Below, in pieces: positions 39,215 through 53,100 of a stretch of 64,000 nt of DNA. Position numbers and translations under genes: made by a program. This DNA is from Octopus sinensis. Lineage: Eukaryota. The DNA lies in the NCBI RefSeq assembly GCF_006345805.1, contig NC_042998.1, forward strand, positions 165,912,001-165,976,000, read 5' to 3'. Position 1 is the stretch's first letter; every line of letters begins with the position of its first letter. The notes under the pieces were generated by a model. That model made no database searches, had not been told where the DNA came from, and saw only the letters and a program-made list of their open reading frames with translations.

Positions 39215-39749
39215 TTACTTTCATTTTATTCGTTGCCCACTGTGTGTGTGCGTTTGCGTGTGGTGTAAACCAGACTAAGAAAAGCATTTGACACACACAC
39301 CAGAATGTGAGTTTTCTGTAAATTTTGCTTAATTGGAGTTTAAATTTTAAAAACTGGACCTGGCATGACGCGATGCATTGTACTCTCAAAAATGCTAGGT
39401 AAATTGTAATTGAAGAAATCCTATATTGTAGATTTGTATAACTCCCAAAGGGAGGCAGATAAAATCTGCCTTTTATAATAAGAGATTATAAAAGGCAGAT
39501 TTTATCTGCCTCCCTTTGGGAGTTATACAAATCTACAATATAGGATTTCTTCAATTACAATTTACCTAGCATTTTTGAGAGTACAATGCATCGCGTCATG
39601 CCAGGTCCAGTTTTTAAAATTTAAACTCCAATTAAGCAAAATTTACAGAAAACTCACATTCTGGTGTGTGTGTCAAATGCTTTTCTTAGTCTGGTTTACA
39701 CCACACGCAAACGCACACACACAGTGGGCAAGGAATAAAATGAAAGTAA
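39215..39749. repeat. Near-perfect palindrome: 265-bp arms, 5-bp spacer
   Basis: 39215-39479 is the reverse complement of 39485-39749; one mismatch seen near the outer end; the ORF track gives the same peptide on both strands. Confidence 0.95.
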
Positions 39750-40135
39750 TTCACTTACTGTAGTGAGTGATTCTTTCACTCTGCCTCCCACTTCCTCTTT
39801 ACACACATAGAAAAAACTTTTATTTTTTTACATAAGTAATGAGAGTGAAAGAGACTAAGAGAAAGCGATTGTATGAAGAGGGAAGTTCCTTTCAAGTTAC
39901 CGTGCATGGGACTCATTGATGTACATGTGTGTGTGTGTGTGTGTTTGATGGAGTGTGGGAGACAGACAGTATGTTGTGTAAGTGAAGTGCTTCTGTTAGT
40001 GTGTGTGAAGAGACAGAGAGAGTAATGTGTGAAAGAGAGAGATAACTGAAATTTTTTACTCGGTTTATGTGTATATGTATGTATGCATGTATGTGTGTGT
40101 GTGTGTGTGTGTGTATGTGTGTGTGTATGTATGTA

Positions 40136-40971
40136 TTTATATATAAAAGAAAGGTTGTGTGTCTGTCTACTCCGATTTAGATTCCTAACTACTCCCACAT
40201 TTTGCGATGCAGTTTAACCAAAACCGGGTATCTTATAGTCGTGATTCATATCGAGCCCTTCTGGGTATTAGCGCGCGTCTACGATGAGTCTATGATTTTA
40301 CAAATAATTTACCATCATTTTTTTCCATTTTAATGCATATTTTTTAAAATAAACGGAAGTAACTCTCAAACTTCACACCAATATGCGTGCTCATATGCGA
40401 CGTAATATCACATCACCAGCATTTCCTCACACCCTCCTTGCACTTGGCGAAGGCAAAATACCAGGGGATGAAAATGGTAATATTGCCATCGATTCCATTT
40501 GTACCATTGTTAAGACGCCTTCTGATCTCAGAGATGCAGTGTTCCCAGATTTACAAGCTAATTATCAGAATATGGATTGGATTGGCAAAAAGGCTATACT
40601 GGCCCCGAGGAATAAAACTGTTCACCATATTAATGATGAAATGCTAAAACTCATTCCTGGGGAAGTCGATGTATATCAGTCTATCGATACAACTCCTGAC
40701 CCAGAGGACGTCATCAACTATCCAATAGAGGTACTCAATTCCTTTGAGCACCCCGGACTACCACCACACTTTCTCAAACTTAAAGTTAGTGCCCCTATAA
40801 TGCTCATCAGAAATTTGGTTCCCCCAAAACAATGCAATGGCACACGTTTGTCCTTATCTCCCACCGTAAGCTTATTTCAATATTTGCCTGAATAATCATC
40901 ATAATTCAGTGCAATCATTAACAGTACTTTCAAGCAATTCAGCCCCGAGCAACGCCGGGCAATTCTGCTAG
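40136..40971 (+). mobile_element. Helitron deletion derivative retaining a PIF1-type helicase fragment
   Basis: 5' about 200 bp shared with 37727-38361; ORF 40383-40895 has LLALGEGK, AILAPRNKTV, YPIEVLNS, LKLKVSAPIMLIRNL and CNGTRL; 3' hairpin plus CTAG followed by T. Confidence 0.92.
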
Positions 40972-41749
40972 TAAGAGATAAATGTACATGAAGGTACTGC
41001 TCTGGTACTTATTGCTTTGGCTGCGATAGCTGGGAAAAAAATATAAGAACAACACACACAGATGAATTGCAAACTAGGTTTGAAAGATAAGATAAACTAA
41101 ATGAAGAAATTTAGTAAATCCAAAAATGTAAGTCTGAGATAATGTGACTATGTAGAAAGGATAGTTATGGAGACAGAAAAACAACTATTTGTTACTGAAC
41201 AACAGACAGGCTTCTAACTTCATGAATGGTTATCCAGAGTTATGATTGAAATAGTTGATTTGCAATTATGAAGGGAAATGGGAGAAACATGTTTTTTGAG
41301 AGCAAAATACTTGTTTACAACCAATATTACAGATAAAATTCCTTCAGTAATGATCTTTTCACATTCAGAGGCAAGCATGTCAATTCTTTAACCCTGTGCT
41401 AATTCACAGGTACCTACCAACACTTTTACATTAGCACTACTAATCATTCATATACAGCTGGCTAATTATGCTGTTCACACCTGCACTAAAAAAACATTCA
41501 TGAGCCTACATACACCAGCTATTGAATATTTGTTTGCATTCCTCTTTTCCTTTGTTTGTTTCTATAATCACTCTTTGTAATAATAATAAGGATGGGCTTT
41601 TTTCTCTTCTCTAGTTATGTGAATTATCATCTTTGAAATGTTTGAAGTTGTCGAAGTTGGCAATAATTTTGAACATTATTTTCTACAATTAATTTTGCTT
41701 TGCATTTTTTTTTTAATGCTAAACATAGGTTAGTCTTATTGTTGCCATG

Positions 41750-43450
41750 CCAACATGATTTTGTTGGGTTCACAGCACAGAATACTGTCACTTATAGCAA
41801 TCTTCCATCATTTTGTCTGTAAGACCCAGCAAATCTACTTCATTTCATCACTTCTTCTTGAGTCTTCAGTCTGCGTCTGTTGTAATTACTTTCTAATGTT
41901 TGCTATATAGTTCATCTTACAATCAGCACTTATCTATTTGCATCACATGTTCATATAACTGAAATGATGTCTCTTACATATATATCAGCTGGTGCCTTTA
42001 GTGCCCAGCCATTTTCTTAGCTTACGTGGCTCTGTCTGTCCTGCAGGTTAACATTACACATCCAGTAAATCATAAGCTGACTCATTTCTTTCCATCATCT
42101 ACACAACCTCCTTTACATTTGATACACTTTACCTTGCATTATCATCATATGCCTTACAGATTGTTCAGACTGTCTTTTGCACACACACAGAAACTTTTTG
42201 TTGTCAATAATTTCATATATTTATTCCACTTCCTACATTGGCAGTTAAGTATTTGCTATTACATTTCCAGCACTAATTAAATTACCCATAAAACAGAAGT
42301 TATCTACTTCTATATTTTATAAAGTATCAATATTACATGTACTGCTGATGCTAGGTACTCTTGTACATCAAAGATCTTGGTTCTCTGCTAGTTACCAAAA
42401 ATAACACATTTTTTTTAAGAGCCTCTTATAAAAAATCTAGAATTATTGTTTTATTTTGTAAGATTGAGTTCTTACTTACTCCTTCCTACATATCCAGCAA
42501 AATAACTTTTATGTATTCTCTGTTATTAAATAACACTTTGATCTTTGCCTGCAGTTATTTAATTGATTTTAACATGTTAACAACAAAAAGTTCTCGGAGA
42601 CAAGTCTTAAATTTTTGTGTTTTAGCCCACCTTCTTCTGCACAATTTGTTTCTGCCAACCCTCTGCTTGTTACAACATGTAGTCTTAATGCACACCAAAC
42701 TGTTGAGGGCATGACATTGTTAAAATGATTTCTTCAGATTAACAAAAATAGAGTGGCTAGTTTTTAGCAAGGAACTTCTTGTAGTTGTCACGACAGAAAT
42801 ATAGTATCTTATCAAATCCAATCCTGCATATGATAACTTTGCTATTTCTCTCTCAACTACTTTCAAGGCATGTTTTATCTTTTTTAAAGGTTTATAATCG
42901 AACCTCACCAGTTCATCTTTATCCCTTGTAACTTTGCAAGAGTATTACAGCTGATGATACTCTTTTACTTGTCATTGGTGGTTGCACCTTTCTGTATTAC
43001 CTGATTAGTTTAGTGTGTTATTAGTATAGTATTTACATGACCTGATAAGTGGAAAATTTCAACTATCCCTGATGGGTATACTGCTAACAATCTGTAAGGC
43101 AATTTATACTAAAAATTTCTTTTGTACATGGCTCTGCAGATGATTCCATTTAGATTTGCCATATTCAACAGAACATCTTATAACAACATCTTCATACCTT
43201 TCTTTTCACTGTTATTGACTGTGAATGCACTAATGTTAAGTTGTACATACTTCTCCCCACTCATCTTGGGTCATGTGGATTGCCATTTTGAAATCCAAAC
43301 TATTTCATTCCACTTCATGCAAAATTATGAACTTTTAGTTTTCATCTTTTCTTTCTTTATAAATCTGATATTTATCTTCTTACTTTCTTGATATTCCTTT
43401 TAGTCTTTCCATGTGTTGCACTTAGGTTTTACAATTCTGTTATGCTATTT
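41750..43450 (-). mobile_element. Very old LINE-like remnant (probably RTE)
   Basis: Minus strand gives stop-riddled Lys/Glu-rich frames resembling the EN-RT linker; no firm motif. Confidence 0.3.
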
Positions 43451-43985
43451 CTACTACATGCTGCCCACTGCCAAGTAATAATAGGATATTATGTCAGGTT
43501 TATAAAAGCTATGTGACTGGCCTTAAAGAAGTAGCGCAAAGAAGAATCAATATCAAAAGCTTAATCAGAAAGCAAAATGTCAAGTTTATCAAACCAGGAA
43601 AGGTTGAGTACAGGAGATTCATTAATGTTCTGCACTTCAGTTTGGTTTGTTTTGGTTTAAAAAATTATAGAGTAATTTCATTTTAAATTTATACCTCTAT
43701 ATAAAATATACCTCTATATAAAATTTAAAAATGTGCATTATAAATGTTAATTTCCTCATAGTGCAATTGTGACATTTCTGCAAAACTATTCCACTGTCTT
43801 TTTTGACTTTTAAGCAGAACCATTTGATTTACATTTGTAATGAATAGCACAACTCTTGATTTATCTCACTTTATGAAATCTAAGTTCATATTTATGAAAG
43901 GAATCATTGAAGAGGATAATTTACAACATGAATATTTATTAACTTGTGACTGTTTTGGCTAATAATATTTTTTCTCTTTTATCAG

Positions 43986-44133
43986 TGTTCTAATGTGGAA
44001 AACTTGTCTCCCCAAGTTATCCGTCAAGTTGCTAAGGAACTTGCTGATTTATCCAGCAACCCTCCTGAAGGAGTAAAAGTCTTCCCCAATGAAGAGGATA
44101 TTACAGATATACAGGCTAGAATAGAAGGGCCTG
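43986..44133 (+). CDS. UBE2S: UBE2S coding exon A (148 nt)
   Basis: Pyrimidine tract plus atcag acceptor; encodes [49 protein letters not shown]; donor gtatgt at 44134. Confidence 0.95.
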
Positions 44134-47100
44134 GTATGTACATTTTTATTGTTCATTTTTCTTTTACATTTCATCTACTTGATTACATTATTGTGATGTA
44201 GAATAATAATTCTAGTTTTTATGTATTCCACATCTATTTTAAAGGTATTCCAAGTTACAGAGAGATTAAATATATTTTTTTAAATGAGTGAATTTGTTTT
44301 TCTTAATTCAGTTTGTAAGTCTAAAATGACAACTTTGCTCTGAAACATCCAATTTAGTTTACTTTTAAACTTGTTGATAAACATAAGTACATTAAATTAT
44401 AAAATAATTGGAAAATTTTAGAGAAAAATTTTGAAACTTTTGGCTATAGAATGCTATCTTAGCTTAATGTTTATGAAGTATTTATAACAAAATGCCATTA
44501 ATATGCTCCTTGCTCACCAGTTCAAAATTTTTTTTGACCAAACAAGATTGGCTGCTGTCCTAAGCAATTAAAGTAATTTAAATGAAATATTCTTGTCATA
44601 AAATAATCAAAATATGTTATGATTATCTTATAATTGATTTATATATAATGTGCCAAAACAGACACAGAAGTATGGTGCAGGCTTCTGCTTGGCCAACTCC
44701 TGTCAAACCATCCAACCTATTCCGGCATGGAAGGAGGATGTTAAATGATGATGAACTTGAAGTAGATAAAGCTATAAATGATAGCCTTCGATTGTTTTCT
44801 ATCTACTTCAAGTTCCACTGTTAAAAACAAATTATTTCACTTGTCTTGAAGTTTCTAAATGCTTTTGACATTATATATATGATGCCAAAAAAACAATGGA
44901 CAGGTGCAGGTGAGGAAGCAACAGGATGTATTAGTTTAATGCTCAGGGAAAATAAAGGAATGAGGAAAGAAAACAGATGGAAAGAGAAAAAAAAATGTGC
45001 CTGTATTAATGGTTGTACATGTTGTATCGTATATATACAAATACATACACAGGAGTCTGAAAACTTAGATTAAGAAATTTCTGAATTTATCATCATCATC
45101 ATCGTTTAACGTCCGTTCTCCATGCTAGCATGGGTTGGACGGTTCGACCGGGGATCTGGGAAGCCAGAAGGCTGCACCAGGCTCCAGTCTTATCTGGCAA
45201 TGTTTCTACAGCTGGATGCCCTTCCTAATGCCAACCACTCCGTGAGTATAGTGGATGCTTTTTACGTGCCACCTGCACAGGTGCCAGGTGAGGCTGGCAA
45301 CGGCCACGGTCGGATTGGTGTATTTTATGTGCCACCGGCACGGAAGCCAGTCGAGGCGGCGCTGGCGTCGGCCACGAGTCGGATAGTGCCTTTTACGTAC
45401 CACCAGACCAGGGATCCTGGCTGGTTCAATTCGATTTCGATTTCGCTTTCGCTTGAAATTGAATATGTGTGTATATTCATTAAATTATGACATAATGTAA
45501 GATTTATAAGTATGGTTTGCTGGGCTAACAACTTTGCCATCAAGAAAGTCATGAAAATCTTTGTTATTTAAAATTGCTAATGTTTTATTCAGTGACCCTA
45601 AAAATCTCTTAATGTATTTAAAAATGACTGCACATGACTATTACATAGATTTAACCCTTTAGCATTCAGATTATCCTGTCGAATATAATGCTTATTTATT
45701 CACATTGTTTTGATTTAATCTGCATTATCTCATATCTTTAAGATTTTAATGATGTAATTGTGTAGAATGACATTGCAGGACAGATACGAGAGGCCAGATC
45801 TGGCTAGTTTTGAACATAAAACAGGTAGAATATTTTGGCTAGATATGGCCAGTTTAAATGCTAAAGGGTTAAACATTATTTTAAGGTTTTCTTACTGCAG
45901 AACATTAGCAGCAAACATTTCATTCAGTTTAATGGTAGCTTTAGGTTAGATATATGATTAAAAATTATATCTTTTTTTCTAAATTTTCATTGCAAACAGT
46001 GAATACGCCAAAGTTGTCAGTGAACTGTTGTATTTAATAGTTAACTCTCCATGTTATCATATTTATTGGAGGGTGCGCTAAAAGGCTTAATCAGCCATAA
46101 TTATGGGGTGAAGATAAAGAAAACAATATTCTTCAATGGTTGATATTTCATTTTCTTATTATGTTATTATAACCCTTATCAGCATAGTGTAGATTTCAGC
46201 ATTGTGTTAAGAAGTTTGCCTCCCAACCACATGGTTTTGGGTTCAGTCTCACTGCGTGGTACCTTGCTGGGCCTACCAAAGCCTTGTTGACATAAGTTAA
46301 AAGTAGCCTGCTGCTTATCAATGTTGCTTTGTTTATGTCCTTGTAACTTAGTGGTTCAGCAAAAAGACTGAGAGAATAAGTACTAAGCTTAAAAAAAGTA
46401 AGTACAAATTGATTTGTTCAATTAAACCCTTCAAAGCAGTACCCCAACATAACCATAGTCCAATGACTGAAACAAGTAAAAATTAAAGATAATATTGGAG
46501 GGTTTTTTCCCTCCTATTTAGTGCTTCATGAATTAAATAACTTTTTTATATTATTATATTACATCTTTGAATTATTTATTCACCAGCCAATTCTAGTTTC
46601 CTGTGCCAACCAATGTATAATCTTGTACATTTACTTAGTGATACTTAATCCTTATTTCTGCAAGTACAATGAATGCTATGCTTTGCTGAGTATATCATAA
46701 CTCCAAAACATGTCAGGAGGTATCTCCTGCACTTGCTAGAAAAATGAAATTTATGTTAATCATTGACTACTATTGATTTTTTTCCTCATTGCATATTTAT
46801 TTCTAGTTAACCTATTAAATGTGTTAACACTAAACTTAGGTATTGTTTTTCATGCAATGTCTGAGAATTTTATGCATTTAAAAAGAATATGAAATGTAAA
46901 AAATACCTCCTCAAATTTAACTTTGTCATATCTGTGTTGTATAAAAATTTTATAATTTATTGTTTAATTGCCTCTGGTGTAATTTATATGAAGTTTCAAG
47001 TTATATTTGTACATAGGAAATTTTCTATGCTAACATTGTTGAATATACAATATAGCATCACCATATGACTCAATCCTGAATGATTTTCTCTGTAACAATG

Positions 47101-47324
47101 CTATTATTTCTGGTCTGTGGCATTTGGCATGCTAACCACTAGTCTAGCCACCTCCTCATTTGATCTTACAGATTATTGAACTTTTTCTCACATCTGTCTG
47201 GACAGATTTTAGACTTGCACATTCAGACATGTCTATCATATAACTTGCCTAAATTTTCTTGTCTGCTTTTATTCACTAGTAATTAGTAACCTTAAATACT
47301 TCAACTATTCACACTACACACACA

Positions 47325-47423
<99 letters not shown>

Positions 47424-47426
47424 CCC

Positions 47427-47459
<33 letters not shown>

Positions 47460-49882
47460 CTAGATGGTTGTGCAGATTCAGGTATAGCAAATAAATTATA
47501 TTTTCTACCTAGATATGAAAATGGGATTACTATTTCATTGTGATATTTTATAAACATTATTTTAATTTAATGGTTTTGTAATGTACAGCTTCAAATATAC
47601 ATATTTGCACTTTTTTTTTATCAGCCGGAACTCCATATGCTGGAGGTGTTTTCAAAATGAAACTAGTTTTAGGAAAAAACTTCCCAACTGAACCACCTAA
47701 GGGATTTTTCTTGACAAAAATATTTCATCCAAATGTGGCAAATAATGGGGAGATATGTGTAAATACGCTGAAGAAAGACTGGAAACCAGAACTGGGGATC
47801 AAACACATTCTTTTGGTAAGTGGATACTTTTTGCTTTTATGTTTTAGAGTGCATGATATTTTAATTCTGTTATGTTGCACTTTTAAATTTTATAGAAAAA
47901 AATGGTAAATTTAGTTCATATATAGCACTGTTTTAAAATATATAACCAATAAAGTAAAAAAAAAACCCCACTAAAAACACCTTCAAATTTGTCTAGGTTT
48001 ACACAAAAATTACGAAAAATTTTCATTGTAGCATTGATCAATGCAGATTGATAGCAGTGTGCTATTAATGAAATGAAAGTAAACAGCATTTCACATGTAT
48101 TTCTTATTTGGACAAAATGATATCCAATCATTAAGTGATGCAGCCCTTTAGATAAGGAGGCAGTGAAATTCCTTGTGGCCACCACATCATTTAAGTGTAA
48201 TAAAACTATTTCATAATGGGCAATAGCTCTATTGAGGTGTATTAAACCTTTAGCATTTAGATTACTCTGTCAAATGTAATACATTGCTTAGAATTAATCA
48301 TGTGTTATCTTGTATCTTCGAGATTTCAGTAATGTGATTGTATATTTTTAGAATGACATTGTAAAGTAGGTGTGATAGGCAGGATCTGGCCAGTTTGAAC
48401 CTAAAACAGGTTAAATATTTTGCTTGATATGGCTGGTTTGAATGTTAAAGGGTTAAATGATTAAAATGATTCTCCTACGACGTAGTTGTTTCAGTTCCAA
48501 TACACAGTTTTAGATTAAGTCACTGCCAAACTGACACAGCTCTGAAACATCATCAGGTAAAATTACTAGTTTAATAAGCTACTGCTTTAAAAAGTCCTGA
48601 ATCCTTACCATTCATTCATTGATCTTGAATAGTTGGTTTTTAATTAAGTCATAAAATATCCCACACACATATTACAGCTTTTCATTTATGGATATTTAGT
48701 TAACCAATTTGATATTGCGTTATTCATACATCCTAGCAGTTTCATTGGTTCCTTGAAGAGTGTATTTTCTAACCCAAGATAACCATTTACTCATAGGTGC
48801 AGTGTGGCTGTGTGGTAAGAAGCTTCCCAACCACATGGTTCTGGGTTCAGTCCCACTGCATGGCACCTTGGGCCAGTGTCTCCTACTATAGCCTTGAGCT
48901 GACCAAAGCCTTGTGAGTGGATTTGGTAGACAAAAACTGAAGGAAACCCACCATTTTTATGTATATATGTTTGTGTGTGTGTCTGTGTTTGTCCCCTCGC
49001 CATTGCTTGACAACTGCTGTTGGTGTGTTTACATCCCCATAGCTTAGGGGTTCGGTCTAAGAAACTGATAGAATAAGTACTAGGCTTATAAAGAATGACT
49101 CCTGGGGTCGATTTGTTCAACTAAAAGTGGTGCTCCAGCATGGCTACAGTCAAATGACTGAAACAAGTAAAAGAAAAAATAGAATATGCATATAAAATTA
49201 TGCATGTACATCTGTGTGCACTCAGATGCTAATATAAATTCATATGCTCATGTATTTGATGTTGCCTTAAGATAAACTTGAAGTAATTATGCTGTGAATT
49301 TTTTAATTCTTAATTATACTAGTAACATTTTACTTAATATCATATTTTTATATGCAGACTGACTCTTAACTTATAGAGAAGGATATGATTATGTAAGACT
49401 GATACCATTCTAAAAAAGTCATCATCATCATCGTTTAATTTCCGCTTTCCATGCTAGCATAAAAAGTATTAGCAATACTCACATTTAACAAGATGGCATG
49501 ATTTTCAACAGTCTGTTGGAAATTGACAATAAGCCTACATTCATCTTATGTTCAAAAGCATCAATGTATCTCAATATTTTCCTTAAATCTCTCATTAGCA
49601 CTTAGATGAGTTTAACATTATGTATAATCTTAACAGTTAATCTTTTTGTTAAAATCTTCTTGGGGTTTAATTCCCATCAGAAACATTGTATTAAGATGTG
49701 ATAGCTCATGTTGAGCATTACTAGAAGTAGCCTATTTTGTGCAGATAAAAACATTTAGATACCATTCTTTAGAAGGAAAGTAAGTAAACCATGGCTGGTG
49801 ATATTTATAATGCACTTAGACTTACCAGTGATCACTATTTAGTACAAGTTCCATTAGTGAATTGTTCATTTCAATCTCAGAA

Positions 49883-49933
<51 letters not shown>

Positions 49934-50122
49934 TATATATAATGTACAGGTGTTGGTGCCATGGTAGAAAAAGCACCCAGTACACCCTGTAAAGTGAGGA
50001 ACAGCACCCAGCCATGAAAACCAGTAGAGCTTGGTGCTGTCCTTTGGCTTGCCTATCCCTGTCAAACCAACAACCCATGCACAAAAGGAAAATGGATATT
50101 GAATGGTGGTGGCAGCAGCAGT

Positions 50123-50160
<38 letters not shown>

Positions 50161-53100
50161 TGAGGGAATTAGATAACATATTCCTCACTGTGACTGACCA
50201 GATAGTCATCTCAATGGAGAATCATTGGATTCTGCTGAGATGAAACAGGTTAGTTGTTGTGAGAAATTGTACCTTCAATTATCACTATAAAAAATACATA
50301 CTCTATATGTTTTGAGTTCTTTTTCTTCTAAAAGTAGCTATAATTAGCATTAAATGGCTATGTGGTTAAGAAATTTTCCAAATACATAGTTTTGGGTTCA
50401 GTCCCATTACATGGCACCTTGAATAATTGTCTTCTATAATCTCAGGTTGACCAAAGCTTTGTGAGCGTATTTGGCAAATGGAGACTTAAAGAAACCCATC
50501 ATATAAATATATATGTGTTAGTGTCTCTTTGTCTTGACATGTGATTGTTCTAAAGCAATCTTCATTGTCATACAAGTCATGTCTTTTGTTTCCAATCTTC
50601 TTTAAAAAGCCTGTCTGGCCATGGGGAAATATTACCTTGCCTGGAAACAAGTGAGGATTGGCCACAGGAAGGGTATCCAGCCTTAGAAAATCTACCTCAA
50701 ATTCCGTTTGACTCTTACAGTCATGGAGAAGTTGGCCTTAAAATGATGATTATATATATATTTCTTTTTTCACAGTGAAAATTATCTATTCACATAGGAA
50801 GTTATATTGACAATAATGCCTACATAAACAAGTGAATATGTATGTGTGTGTGTACACACACACACACATACATATTCACCTGTTAAAAAAAAAAAAACAC
50901 CATCCGAGCGTGGCCGTTCGCCAGCCTCGTCTGGCACCTGTGTCGGTGGCACATAAAATCACCCACTACACTCTCGGAGTGGTTGGCGTTAGGAAGGGCA
51001 TCCAGCTGTAGAAACACTGCCAGATCTGACTGGCCTGGTGCAGCCTTCGGGCTCCCCAGACTCCAGTTGAACCGTCCAACCCATGCTAGCATGGAAAGCA
51101 GACGTTAAATGAGGATGATGATGATGATGATGATGTGTGTAAACATTATTGTCAATATAACTAACTTCCTACTTGCATAGGTAATTTTTCTTGTGAATAA
51201 ATTTTTAGTTATCTCTTACTGGAAATAATTAAATTCCAATTTCATCCATGTACATTATCATGTAATACATACTGATAGCATCTCTATATCTGTAAATGTA
51301 GTGTTGGGCTACAAACTGCATGGGTTTTCAGTTCAAACATTTTGAATATTGTATTGTCCACCCGGACAAGATTCAGAATGTTGTCTATCTACATGTGTCT
51401 GTGATAAAGTTTTTAACCACAAATATTCCTGGTCTTAACATTTACTAAAATAAACTTTATGGTGTTTTGGAGAGTATTTGATTCAAGGATTGACTTACTA
51501 GGAAGATATTTAAAAACTTAATGGGTACAATTTTATGCTCATTTATGATTGGTTGTTTATTTTCCCAACAAAGGAGAGAAGACTTGCTGGAAATGTATTC
51601 TCTTACATATAATTAAATAAAAGTCTTTTTCTATTGCTTAATGTTTAATTTCCAATTATTATCATATTTGCAAAGCATTTTTAGTAAGAACTGAGAGAAA
51701 AAATAAATAGAAATTGACAGAGATATATAAATCGTACATTTGATAAAAAAAATTATGGTTTGCAGTTCGTATTCAGTTAGATAGAAAAGATAAGTTCTCA
51801 TACAGAATAATTAAACAATGCTAATATCTCTTCTGCTGACATTGATAGTAGACCATTTTTCAGTATTGCTGAATTAGTTCTGGGGAAGATTTAATTCCAG
51901 AATATCTGTATGTATGTATGTATCAAAAAGTACTTGGTCAATCATGTGTTGTTTTTTTTACTATTCCTGACCAAAGTCTTCAAATAATATCAATTCATAA
52001 CCATCACCATGCACGTTATGAATTAACAAGGCTTAGTTAATGAACCAGTCAATAGTCTCTTGAAGAATTTTAAGCCGAATATATGGACCTCAGTACTTAT
52101 TTTTTTTATAAGCCTGTTACTTATTCTATCAGTCCCTTTTGCCAAACCACTAAGTTACAGGGACATAAAGACACCAACACTGGTTGTCAAACAGTGTTGC
52201 GGGGACAAACATAGACACACACACACACACACTGATATATATACACACACATACAGTGGGCGTCTTTCAGTTTCTGTCTACCAAATCCACTCACAAGGTG
52301 TCACACATTGGGACTGAACCTGGAACTATGTAGTTGAAAAGCAAGCTTCTTACCACACAGTGATGCTTGCGCCTATTGTTATTTGTTATTTTTTACTAAA
52401 TTATCTTCCCTTGTCACATGGATTGATAACCATTTTGTTGCCTACAGCCAAGATTAATAATTGAATAATCCAATTTATTTTTTATATAGACGGTAAAATG
52501 TTTACTGATTGTGCCAAACCCAGAGTCTGCATTGAATGAGGAAGCCGGTAAACTGCTATTGGAACAATATGATGATTACTCGACAAGAGCAAGACTATAC
52601 ACTGAAATCCATGCAAAACCTAAGTAAGTCTGATATTTGTTGTTCACTAGTTACTATCCATCAGTTGCTAAGACTGCAATACAAGGAGGACTATGCTATT
52701 AAATTGTTGGTTAGTACTCAGAAATAATGAGGAATTTTGAGAACTCATGAGCTGTAATTTTTAGTTTTGTTTCCAAGATGGTAAACTGAATTAGCTGCTT
52801 CAAAAACTTGTGAATAATTCCCTCCTGGCACATTTGACATAATTATTTTTATCCTTATGATATTTTGGCTGTGTGTTAGTGAAATAGACCTCCAAATGAA
52901 ATTTACAATTATGCAAGCTGGACTAGCAAGAGTTAAGATATTTTGATCATGGACATAGCACAAAATATTGGTTTCAAATTCTGGCACAAGGCCAGCAATT
53001 TCGGGGGAGCAGGTAAGTCAGTTATATTGAGCCCAATGCTAAACTAGTACTTATTTTATTGACCCCAAAAAGATGAAATACTGCAAAGCACTTTACTCAG

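Noticed and set aside
39195-39763. Twin ORFs MRVQCIASCQ... on both strands
   Set aside because: By-product of the palindrome; no protein-like features.
43995-44201. ORF-track 68-aa protein starting at GTG
   Set aside because: It is UBE2S exon A read through into the intron; splice signals define 43986-44133.
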